DNA of 64,000 nt from NCBI GenBank assembly GCA_002633005.1, contig NMRA01000461.1, positions 167,861 through 231,860 of the forward strand. Direction: 5' to 3'. This DNA is from Phoronis australis (Eukaryota > Animalia > Phoronida). The position numbers and the translations under genes were made by a program. Position 1 is the first letter of the stretch. The number at the start of each line of letters is the position of its first letter. The notes below the pieces were generated by a model, which did not search any database, was not told the origin of the DNA, and was given only the letters and a program-made list of their open reading frames with translations. This document shows positions 1 through 11,926 of the stretch, piece by piece.

Positions 1-361
1 CTTTTCAGGTAAAAAATTACTTGGTGGAACCGTGGAGTCCACCTTTAAAACGTGTGCATGCCCTCAATCAAGACTTAAAATTGTTTCGGTCACTGGGAAG
101 ATGTTGATATATTCGCGTAATGGTTGCTGCTCTTTCTCACACGTAGACCCTTGAGTTTAAATTATCCCCCCTGAGCTTCCCAAAGGTTTAGAAGACAGGT
201 TGCATATGAATTGCGTCATCTGATGTGAGTGGCGTATTCTGCCAGTTTTTTGAAACTAATCATGAAAGACTGTCGCCAACATTGGCTTTGAGGTCAGTGT
301 TCATCTAAGACTATAGATGGCGATAGGATAATCAAGATTGCGTCTTGAATTATTGACTTAC

Positions 362-538
362 TAGCACATTCAAGTGGTACTCCCGTCCAGTTTCCATAAG
401 CGTCGCAGGTGCGTAATTGGATACCACCTGCCTGCTCATATCCCATGTCGCAAGAGTATTGGGCTGTCCCTTCATAAAGCTCCGAGCTAGTTTCAACAGT
501 GGTATTGAAGTTGCTGTTTGGCTTTCCACATGTTTTTC
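362..538 (-). CDS. Sushi/CCP domain exon of an EGF-Sushi extracellular protein (gene continues off the left edge)
   Basis: 177-nt phase 1-1 exon with AG acceptor and GTAAG donor. Translates KTCGKPNSNFNTTVETSSELYEGTAQYSCDMGYEQAGGIQLRTCDAYGNWTGVPLECA (C..P, YSC..GY, RTC...G.W....C). Not in the ORF track. Confidence 0.9.
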
Positions 539-2225
539 CTATAATTTTCCAATGCTAGTATGATAATACAGGCTTTACCAAATTTTTAGCATCGTATTCA
601 CAATCTAGTATTTCATTATATGTTCAGAATACCTTCACTGAAGTGTTGAATTAATTTACTTAAATGATATTTAAATTTTTACTTGCAAACCACAATGATA
701 TCTTTCACTCTTTCAACATTGAAAAACTTGATATGGATTTTTTGAGGACGTTGGGTTTTCAATTGGGTTAATGGTTTAATTTTCTTATTTTGTCGAACCA
801 AAGAGTTTCATGTCAATATGATGATAATTTTCGAGTCCGAGTCCGTTTTGTCTTGACTGAGTTAAATTTGTAGGTGGTTATTTAATTGTCGAGTATTGCT
901 TCAGCAAATACAGTTTGAAGTAGTATTTGCAGAGTTTTTCTACGACATGGGCAAATTTTGGTGATCGCATGAGCTCATTGGGTGAAATACTAAAATAAGT
1001 GGAAAGGCACTATCCACGTGCAAAGACACAGTACATCGAGTGATACATCCACGTACAAGTACCAAATGTTTAGTTTGAACAATTCAGCAAAACTACACAT
1101 GCACTGTAAACGTGTGACAAAGGTAACTATGAAGAGCAAAAACACCTATCTTGGTTTGGTGGAAAGACGGGGGTGCTTACATGATTTCAAATCTGCTCGA
1201 ATGTTAACATGATTCGATTGTTTATTGGTGGCGTATCAGTCTTTTACTATAATACCGTTTAGACGTAGAAATAGGAATAGAAACGCGATCACATGACAGT
1301 TTCAAAACTTTGCAATTTACCATTTGAAATTTTACTAAAGTAATCGTTGTACACTAATTGTATCACAACTTCTTGGCCATTAAAAGAAAAGAAAACAAAC
1401 AAGCGATGCATATATTTTGATAATCATCGTAGTTTTTTTCGAAATATTTCAATACATTATAATTATGTGCACCTAATCAAGAATGTGCGAGTCTAGGTTT
1501 ATAGTCAGAGAACCCATTGGCTCAAAAGGTACGAAAGTCCGAGTTTTCCGAATTATTGCCCATCCAGACTAAAAAGCAACATGTGGCATATTGTTTAGTT
1601 TTATTATTTTCACTTCAACTTACCAGGTAATGTTTGTTAGTCTGCAGCATTGATAGCACGACGGGATGTTGGGAAGTGCAGAACAATTTGTTTTGACATA
1701 GATTAAGTATTTGCTTCAACCTGAGGATCGTTTCTGAGATGGATGTAAAAGATTTTAGTGAACGTGTCTGAGTTCATCTGATGTATTAAATTTCCATACA
1801 TTGTCAACTGACCAATTAAATTTATACAAACTGCCGTGATCTCGGAAATTACAGGAAAGCGCCTGAAGTGAGTGTTTTTTTTTCTGAAGAACGTCGCTGA
1901 AAAAGAGCACATTTCGGAAACAATCTATTGTTTAATACCAGACACAACCGCGTGTATTATTGAAAATAATAAAATTCTATTTCATTAACGGCGAAAAAAT
2001 GTTTTGCGACTCATCAGCATAAAAAGACCAAATGACGTGAGCAGTAGTATACTGTGAACCAACATTACCAAGTGAAACGCAAAGTGAACAATGTACACGA
2101 AAATCACACGCTAACGGCATAGAAAAGCACTACTGCTTTTGAAGTCTGGCTTATTATTAAGCAGGATACTTAGAAGTTACTATACGCTTAGTTTACATCA
2201 AGCATTTCTCTAGTCAGGTGCTCAC

Positions 2226-2402
2226 TTGTGCACTTGAGTGCTTCTCCCGTCCATTCCCTGTCAGCATTGCATGTACGTGTTATATTGCCACCTGATCGCG
2301 TATATCCCGCGACGCACGAGTAACTGGCTGTTCCTTTGTAAACGTTCGACGTAATTTCAACGCTGGTGTTGGGGTCACTGTCTGGATTACCGCAATTTAC
2401 TC
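2226..2402 (-). CDS. Sushi/CCP domain exon
   Basis: 177-nt phase 1-1 exon, AG/GTGAG. VNCGNPDSDPNTSVEITSNVYKGTASYSCVAGYTRSGGNITRTCNADREWTGEALKCT. Confidence 0.9.
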
Positions 2403-4587
2403 CTATGAATTGCAATAAATTGATATCATGGCAATTACGTAAAAACTTTAATTGGTAACCAGGAAATCCAACGTAAAAACTAAATCGACGTTAATATCCA
2501 AAAATAGTGAAGCACAATTTTAGGTTCATACACGGGAACGGAAAATAACACACGTGATATCAGAAAATTCGTTTTCTAGCCGACAATGTAGCTTAAACAA
2601 CTTCGAATAATGCCTTTTGTAAAATCTAATGCCACATATTGTACTGGTCGTTGATGCTGCTTTATCCACGTGTGTTATCTCGCTCCTTGTGAGATGTTGG
2701 CTTCTTTGCAGCAATTCTTTTGTTCACAAATCTTTGTTTCAAGTGGCCTCAAAAATTTGCCGATTTAGGATGAGCCACATTTACATGTGATTTATGAGAT
2801 GGAGTTCTTTATTTTCACCATAGCTGCTGTTGGTTTCACCTGGGTCAGTCGTCGACCCAGAATGTCTGAGCTACGATATGTGGTTCTTATTTTGAATTTC
2901 TTTGTGTCAATTATGCATTTTCAGGTTTCCTGAGACAGGGTGCAAAGAAGGGTTTCGTACACCCAGAACGGTGATAACGTCCCAACATTACGGCGTTTTC
3001 CCGTTGTTCAAAACTTGTTGGATTCCATTGTACAACAACAAGTTGGGAAGAGAACCCCCGTAGCCACGACTGTTTGACTTCATTGAGGCATTCATGGTTG
3101 GAGGGCCAGCTCTCTTATGTTCGATAATTGCTATAATCTCCAATAAGATCTTATCTAGCCTGATTGGGCTGTGCTGCTAAAAAATAATGTTAACTTAGAA
3201 CATATTTGAACATAAACCAATAGCCTTTCTGAAATCCTCGTCAAATGATCATGTTTAGTTTTTGATTCGCCAAAATCGCCCAACTACAACCGAAGTTACG
3301 ACAATCTCGGGTTTGACTATGTTCGCACATGGTCTGTAATAAGCCTGCTAGATTATTGGCCTGTCTGTTGTGATAACAGGCAAAAGACAAAGAAGCTGCA
3401 TGTAGATGTTATCACACGAGTGTGCCAGCTCCTGTGACGGCCATTAGCAATCTGCACCCGGCCTGGCGTTGTCATGCACTTGATTCAAGACCTGTCACGA
3501 CATCTACACACATGTATTCGAACTGGATTTGTTTTAATGTACTTTTAATGAGTTTTACTGTTTGTGTGCATTTTGCTCATGTCGAGCTCGTATAACTCAA
3601 GGCGTGTTCCAGCAAGCGTAGGTGTATCTCTTTCCATACTGTGTTTCAGGCTCCGGGGGTTATCCCATGCACTATGGCATCCGAAAGCGTCAGATTAGTT
3701 ATCGCCACCAACACGGTCGATTTCAGGACAGCGTTTGCCTTTAATCTAGGCACTCTTTACTTAAATAATATCCATATAACTTCAGGCTCGGAAAAGAATT
3801 TCAGATGTCCAGAACACCCCTGGAATTTGACTGGCCTAAAACTTCCTCTCAGAGGTAAGCATCATTAGTGCATGCATGTTTGTCAACTTTTGTACAAGTT
3901 ACAACGATTCTTCACAATACCTCACCGTACGGCTGAAGTCCGGATATTCCCAGATCAAGCACACCTACAGTGTATCTGGGTGCGTTGAATTTTAGGCTAC
4001 GAAAATGTTCAAGGTGTTTTAAGATGTTGAAGAATATCCACACGTTTACCAACGTGCAGTAGTAAATCTCAAATACTGCTGACAATTCATGTGTCAAAGT
4101 CGCCTGAATTGGAAAAAGTTGTTGCGTTTGCAAAATAGGAAAGCTCGTGAAAAATAGCACGGTTCGAAATCCTTTGAAAATAAGCTGAAAACTGTTTGTC
4201 AGTTATTTCGCTGGTTTTTGACGTTTTCTCTGCATATACGGATACCCTTTTTACTAAATACTTCATAGTCCAATGACTATTCGTGCTAAAAAATTGTTCT
4301 ATAAAATTACAACCTCACCATTGTTATTAACCGTAGTTCTCCGGGTTTTTCCTGTTCTACTTTGTACATTTACGAGTGCAAACACGCCACCTTTTAGGGA
4401 TCAGATGAGTTAAAGCTCTTCGGAACAAAACCTCGAACCAGATGTAGTGTTATACAAGGTCCAACATGCTTTTGTGAACATCGGAGAGCAAGTTGTGGAA
4501 AAGTCATGGAATGGTATTTATTCCTCGCCGTCATAATTCCAAGGTGCCATGGATTGGCTTTATCAAGATAGATAATATTTGACTTAC

Positions 4588-4764
4588 CAATGCAAACGAG
4601 GGGCGACCCTGTCCATTCACCATAACCGTCACACGTTCGCGTTTCGTCACCATCCAATCGTTCGTATCCGTTATCACAAGAATAATTCGATGTTCCCTTA
4701 TAAGCTTCGGACGTAGTGTTCACATTTGAATAAGGGTTAACATCCGGCGGTCCACATACTTTCG
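4588..4764 (-). CDS. Sushi/CCP domain exon
   Basis: 177-nt phase 1-1 exon, AG/GTAAG. KVCGPPDVNPYSNVNTTSEAYKGTSNYSCDNGYERLDGDETRTCDGYGEWTGSPLVCI. Confidence 0.9.
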
Positions 4765-4878
4765 CTGAAAATTCTCAAAATCTCAAGGCATTTCATACGA
4801 ATCTTCACAAAATGTTTACCTGAGGACTAATTTTAATGAAGGTTTGGTTGTTGGGATGATACCAACACCATTGCTCAG

Positions 4879-5133
4879 CATGCGCGCACCCAGGGGGGCT
4901 CGGGAGCTCGAACGAGCCCCCACATTTGGCGAAGTGGGCAAAAAGGTCCACGTGTGACAAACAAAAAGTTCGACAAAATGAGACAAAAGTCATATAAACA
5001 AGCACAAACGCGCAATTCACAGTGTTGCGCCAGTTTTTTTATTTTTTTTTTAGTCCGCCGGCTATTTTGTTACCAAAATGTCCACAACGTTGGGAATTCG
5101 AGCCCCCCATGTTGAAGGCTGGGTGCGCACATG
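4879..5133. mobile_element. MITE, hAT-like termini, 5-bp target duplication
   Basis: TIRs CATGCGCGCACCCAG / CTGGGTGCGCACATG, flanked on both sides by CTCAG (4874-4878 and 5134-5138). Internal GAGCCCCC repeats. Confidence 0.75.
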
Positions 5134-7198
5134 CTCAGCATACCAATGGCGTGAATGCTGGATTCCTACTCTTATGTTTTCACGAATGACGCGTTAATAC
5201 CGTACGTCTGTGCATTGGTACTGGGAGAACGAATTTTCCCGGTATACCATTGTGAGACGACAGGGTGAAACGAAAATTCTATCATTTACTCAACCTTGAG
5301 ACCTTAGAAATGTTTGCGTTTGTACATGTATTGCGCAAATCAAATTTTCTTATGATTTCGACAAAGTATACTCCAACTTAATAAACCGCAATACTGACTG
5401 TATAGCAGTTTAAAATTTTACTTCACGTCTTTTCCTTTAGCTTCAATTTCATTCAGTTGAGATGAAAATGACGCCGTACCCTCCAAAACACAAGCTTCTT
5501 TAACTACATTTTTGTGAAACAAATTGATCGGCTAATGAAATCAATACCAACAAGTCAAAACCATGTCACGTGTATCATTTCATGCAAATTAGTGCCACCA
5601 TTACCAAATTTTCATTTTTTGCCACATATCGGGGCAATTTTTGTAATTGGTCAAATGCAGCCATCTTGATTCGCGAAAGTCTTTGATATCAACCTGGAAG
5701 GCTGGTTTCTCAAAGCTCAAACTGTGCTCGAAGTCACGCAGAGTTGGGGAGTGACTTGTTACAGATTTGGCAAGTTTTTACAAAAGAGCAAAGAATGTAA
5801 ATTAAAGCAAGTAAGTTTTTATGTATAAGTTTGATATGAAAACGAAGCGTTTGAATTACATATATGACGCTGGAAGACAACAGTTAACATTGGTAACAAC
5901 AGTAACGATTAGCGAAACATTGTAGTATTTGATTTCGTTTCACTGTATGGGAGATTAATTGGGATGCTTGTTTTCCGATAGTGAGTGAACATAAAAAGTT
6001 ACACGGGGCACATTATCACCCTAGAACAACATTGATTGAAAATAATCCATGTCAGCTACTCGAATGAAGGGTAAATACGTTTGTGGGCTCGTTTTCAACT
6101 GTTGTCTCATATTTGGAGTCTTTGAAGCATAAACACTACATAAAAATAACTCAAATTCGAAATCTCAATTGATGGGGTACTATTTGTTTTTGACTCTCAC
6201 CCTATACTTGGATAGTAGCAGAGAATGAAAGTCAGTCCACATTTTCTTGAAATGCACCATGCTTTTCATTGGAAGAAAACACAAGGAGTAATGAGCGACT
6301 TAATTTCGGAAGATACGGCATCGTGTTTCTATTCGAAAGCAAGGCTATACTTTCAATTACATTTGACGTCGTTGCTGTTTCGAAGCTCCAAAAATGCAAC
6401 ATCACATTATTTATTCATGTATTTGTTTACCTACTTAAATTTTGAGGCTGAGTAACATCCCACCCCCAAGCAGACCCAGTCAGAAAAGTTTACATGTACA
6501 TGATAAAATACTGCACGACTCAGGTTTGTACAACGCCTGGGAATGTTTGAATGAGTATAAATGCAGTAGTACATGTATATATTACTGTTTAATCTATGAC
6601 CTTCATGGGCTTGTATGCTAGGTTTTATTGTAATTTTCATACATAACACTTGGAAATGACGTTGGCGAAACCCTTGTGCAAAATTATTTTTGTACAAAAT
6701 TCATAATTGGAATACAGAGGCACATGAATATTTGGAGTACATGTACATGTACATTGCAAGCGTACATTTAACATTAAATTATCTTGTCATTCAGAGCATT
6801 TACAAATTTTCACATTAGTGTAATTGGCTAAAATATCTGTTTACATTAAAGGACTTACATGTAATAATTCCGTTTAAAAACAACGCAAAATTTCCGGTTT
6901 CCCTGTATTAGTGGCCTTCGATGGGGTCTTTGTCGGGAACTAAATTACTTTCTCATCACACACACTTTTGGTATCTTGCTAGCTACGCACCTTAATAATT
7001 TATTAGTATTCATTGGTCAGTATTTTGCATTAAACGAATCGCATTCTGTTCCACACAGCAATATGGCGGCGCGTACTGTATAGTTTCATAGGCCGTCCGA
7101 TCTCTGTCTCTACATCCATGGTCCTACTCCGAAGTGGTTCTGCGTTAATTTTCGAACCCGGTAATATATAGCGCAAACTGAACCGTGTCAATTCTTAC

Positions 7199-7321
7199 CT
7201 CGACATGTGAGACCATCGCCTTCATACCCAATGGAACACTGGCACACGTAGTCTCCAAACAGGGGTTTGATGCAAACGGCATTTGCGTCACATTTCTGCA
7301 ACTTCTTTATGCATTCGTCCA
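7199..7321 (-). CDS. EGF-like (calcium-binding type) domain exon of the same EGF-Sushi gene
   Basis: 123-nt phase 1-1 exon, pyrimidine tract plus CAG, GTAAG donor. DECIKKLQKCDANAVCIKPLFGDYVCQCSIGYEGDGLTCR has six Cys and C.C..GY.GDG..C. Confidence 0.88.
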
Positions 7322-10300
7322 CTGGTACAAAGGAACAGATGTGATAACATCAATTAATTACCGCTATATTGTTGGATTACATCAAACTGAAACTGAGAAC
7401 CAGCAACGATAATTCAGGTATCGCAAATCAAACGACATTGTTGTAGGCGTGTCCTCATTTAGGCAATCGTACATTTTTGTTACCAATGAGTTGCGGTTCT
7501 TCGAATATTTTTCAAAATGCTTATTTACAAATATCGAAACCGTGGGTTTTCAAATCAGAAACGCACCAAATTAACGTCTGAACGTTTGCATCGCAAAACA
7601 ATGTTATTTCAAATCGTAAGCTGCCACTGAGTGTTGTGACTCAATTGTAGGTATACGTTGTCACACGAAACCGTCGCTATCAGCCTCTGCTGTCTATTTG
7701 ACACACATGGTGCCCTAGATTTACTGTTTTATTAGAATATGACATTGGAAAAGAACACTTCTAAACATTTCATTGAATGCTTAAATCCTCATCTTTATCA
7801 ATCTCCTAAATTTCAGACTATGGGATGATTAGTTCATCTCATAAAAAACATAATGTGTGAAAATGCAAAGTCCAACTTGGAAGCCTTATAAATGAACGTT
7901 AAAGCATATTACTTGTGGCTCAGCTGATCATAGTAACAGGTACATGTTAGACATTTACAATCAGAAAATAACACAGGCTAGCGAATACACGAAATAACGC
8001 ACTGTTTTGAACAAAACCATACACCCGTCGGTATCGTTCGGTTATCAATTCCTCAACTAAGCGAAGACCTCCGTCGTCGGTGCCGTAATACAATTTGGCC
8101 GCACACTGCATATCCCCGAGAAAATTGCGCCGTTCGTTGAAGTGAATTAAGAATTTGAAATCCTTTTGACGCGTAGCTGTTTGTCGAGTTGAAGTGTAAA
8201 ATCTTTGGGAAAGAACTTCTTTATGAAGAACTTTCCCCTTGGAGTCGCCTGACTTCATTGTAAGACTGAAAATAGATGTTCAGCTTTACTGTGTGCAATC
8301 AATACTAATATTAGCTATCTTTTGAAACCACTGGCGGTTTTGAAAACCGCTATCTTAGAGTAAAGCCTCTTTAAACGTTAACAATACGTGTGTGGCGAGG
8401 TTGTGTTTCTGATTTAACAATATATTCGGTCTGCACAAAGTGGTGCCACTGTTAAGCTAAACCGACCGTGTGGCATGATTGTCACTTTTGACAACAGCCT
8501 CAAGCAGCGCTTCAAGGCTCCTTATGTGGAACCTTATGAAATTGTTTGTAGATTTCCCCAATAGCCTAGAAAACATCAAGCATTAGCGTTGTAAAGGAAC
8601 AAGTCTTCTTAAAGAAGAAACCTTCTAAGATTTGATTTTAGTGTTATTATTATCTCTAATTAAATGGGTGTCGTAACCATGAGTTTTTAGTAAATATTAC
8701 CAAAAAACAACGTCGTTTCAGTTTTTTGAAGTACCAAATTTTCCTCGATTAATGGAAAGTTTGAGTATATCCATGAAAAGCATATCGTGAAAGCTGCTCA
8801 TGCATACATGTACGTGAAGTATTTTAAATACAATTCCTGAAAGCCGTATAGAGATCGCCGTACAAAGCATAGCATGTGAAGGTTTCAAATGATTCCGATG
8901 ATAGCCATTCATTTCTGTGACAATGCTCCAAGTTACCTAACCTTGGACATTTTCCTTTAATGATCTCGCATCTCAACGTTGAATTTGGAGGCACTCTTCA
9001 TTCACACAAGTGTTATTTTGAATTACTGAGGATCACCCCCCAAAATAATGCTTCGCGGTTTCTGGGTTTGTTATTATTTCTGTGTATGTTCTGTGTATCC
9101 TTCAATAAATATATATCACTTAAAAAAACAAAATAGATCGTTCAGTAGGATTACCAGGACGATGATTACACGTATTGCTTGCACCATAGCTACATGTATG
9201 CCATGCTGCGCACAAGCTATTGATAAGGAGTACAGTGTAAATGGCTGTTTCCAAGGTGACCAACAAAGACTCTCTTTGAAATTGCTTGACATTTCAATTA
9301 CGTTGAGCTACGTACTTCTGTTCTGCAAGATCATACTAAAATACACGTTTACTTACAAGCAGAAGCAGATGAATGGTCAATACATAAAAATAGAATTAAC
9401 CCGGACTAGCAAAGGATTTTACTGGGAATAAACATAGGGACTCTTATTCATGGAAAAATGACTTAATTTTTGTCACCAAATACAAACTTGCACGTGACTA
9501 GCACATGTATGGAGCATGTTTTACTAAGTGTTATGTGTCCATGAAGCGATAAATGTGTGCAGTTTGTTTAATCAAAAAGAGCACTGGAAACTATAACACG
9601 TGTATGTAAAAGAGTTTGAGAAATTGTTCGATTTTCTGCTATTAGTAGTCCAAGAAGGACATCATTTCCAACAAATTCAGTACACAAAATCGTTGAACTT
9701 GATGAACAAGCAAAGGAACTATTTGTCTCATGTTTATCCGTTTTTGGTACTCCATGAACATTTTTGACATCCAGAATACCAGAAAATCACCATACCTGCA
9801 TGACAAATGTAATTCGAGCTTCTTGGTGGCAGTTGCAACTGTCGCCGATGCGCGTATGTTCAAAGTGTTAGTTCCCGTATGATAAGGCATGGTCCCTGCC
9901 CATCCTTCGCCGTGGAACCTAGTTTGCAACCTCAATAGCGAATGTGCGTTCTCTGCCAAGGTGCATGGAAGCTATAAATGACAACGCTCAAACATTTGCA
10001 GTGCTCAAAACACAAGCACAGCTAGGGGTGCTTCAAGGGAGCGTTCCCTAGAGCAAGAAAAGTGAGACCATGCAAGACCACGCAAGATCTCTCGAGAAAT
10101 TCAAGTACTTCACAAGCCTACTCGATGTGTCACTAGCGCAGATTATCACGGTCCAATACTGCAAATGATTGTTAGGCGAGTTGTTGGCGTATTAAACTTT
10201 TCTCGCTCGACACAGTGCAACTTATTAAGTGCGAAATTTAAGACATCACAGAACATCACGATAATCTACTGCAACATTTTTGAAGGCCTCGAGAGTCTAA

Positions 10301-10337
10301 AGTAAGCGATAGACGTTTAATTACTCACACCAGCAAA

Positions 10338-10960
10338 ATGGCCGCATCTGTCAATGATTTGGCAATTACAGCCCAATGTATAATTATGGTAGAACATGTG
10401 CACGTGAACCGCTGCACTACGTAGATAAAGTCAGGTTTTTGTCACACAAAGGGATTTATCTATCGCTTGATCAGCAAGATTCTGAAATTGTCGGCTATCG
10501 GGGAAATGGTTGATAATGGAAGTGACGAATAATTTTTTTTCACAGCAACGCAATAAGAGTTTACGATGTATTTGGTGAATTGGAGTACATAAGGCGCGCA
10601 ATACGCTCAGTCTCATGCAGCGATCGAGGACAGACCTACTGGGACGTCTTGGTGCAACTGCGGGAAGTGTATTTTCATGGAAACCTTCGTAGGGCATATG
10701 TCTCGTTGAGAGAACGATAAAACCAAAACATTTGAGACAGATGCAGCTGCTCACAGACTCTAAGCCGGCGATACCAGTACATGGCGAAGCTGCGCTGAGG
10801 GTTGCCGTAAGGCGCTGCCGCTCTCTCGCACAGAAGACACAGGTCACTGCATTAACTACAGCTCTAGACAGTGACCCCTGCCTCCACTGGTATCGCTAAT
10901 AGAGACAGATTAGGTCTTTCCTGAATAGGCGCTTCATCAGCCGGAAAATTTTCACGAATT
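10338..10960 (+). mobile_element. Decayed Kolobok-type relic: KolX/P2X7-ballast-like fragment on +, possible transposase remnant on -
   Basis: 10625-10686 reads IEDRPTGTSWCNCGKCIFMET. DNA blocks (gtgacga..aattttttcac, tacgc.cag.c.ca.gcagc, gaggacaga, tcttggtgcaa) match the minus strand of 31930-32220. Termini not found. Confidence 0.6.
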
Positions 10961-11896
10961 GTGCCTCGCAATTACTAAATTATCAAGGTCATGTTGTTAT
11001 AAAAATCCTTTGTGCATAGAGGGACTCCTTAAGAGGCCGTCACTGTATTAAAACTCGAACAAATACTCCCGTTACCAAACTTTTTCTTCAGTCAGTCCGT
11101 CGTTCAGTTTCCAAAATCGGTAACTCGCCATTTCCACTCTAACGTCATACCACCTGCTGCGCCCAGGTGAAGACCCCTCCATGATTATTTACAACTCTTG
11201 GATTTTTCTGTTTGAAATTCTCTAGGATAACCTAGAGATCGTATTTTAGCAAGAATACGACTACCTTCTCTCCCTTCGAAGGAGGGCTGAACGCAAAAAC
11301 TCTGTCTGTAAGACGGATTGTAACTACTGTGGGATCTAAAAAGATTCAAGTGATTTAGTTAAACAGTGACTTCATATATGAACGAGGCAGGTGACTAGCT
11401 ATGCAACTGCAGACGGTAAAATCAGATTTGATTGAAGTCTCCATATAATGGATTGAAGAAAATAACTATTCGCGGCAAAGTACGTTTCAAGTCCACTACC
11501 ACATTCACAAGTTGCGGCTAGGAGTAAAAATGATACATTGAAATTCCACAGAATGCTATGTTATTGCTACCAAGAATCTAGTACGGCTGATAGTCTTGAC
11601 AAAGTGTGAGTTTGGCAGAGTATTATTCTGGCATTGCATGTCTATCATAATTTGAAAGCTATTGTATTATGCTCTTTAAAATGAAAACACAAAAATTCAA
11701 GAGGCTTATCTCTACCCCCTTTAAAATCAACACATTCGTAAACCAACAGCCGAACGATTAAATCAGGAAATATACAATATTGAAAACTGTTCAGAAACTT
11801 TTGACCCTCACACAAAGCGCGCCCACAAACACAAACACATAACCAAAAACGCACACACAAGATACAAAGCTTTTACCCTTTTCTAAAATTACTCAC

Positions 11897-11926
11897 AAAA
11901 ACGAAGAGAACCAGCAGGCCGATCAT
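11897..11926 (-). CDS. Candidate first (signal peptide) exon, MIGLLVLFVF
   Basis: ATG in AAAGATG context, ten hydrophobic codons, GTGAGT donor, TATTTATA element about 35 nt upstream. The link to the EGF exon is not demonstrated (phase 0 versus 1 needs another exon). Confidence 0.35.

Noticed and set aside
2830-3640. Possible solo LTR
   Set aside because: No paired LTR, TSD, PBS or PPT could be identified.
9642-9959. 105-aa ORF as an exon of the Sushi gene
   Set aside because: No domain motif or consistent splice phase in any frame examined.
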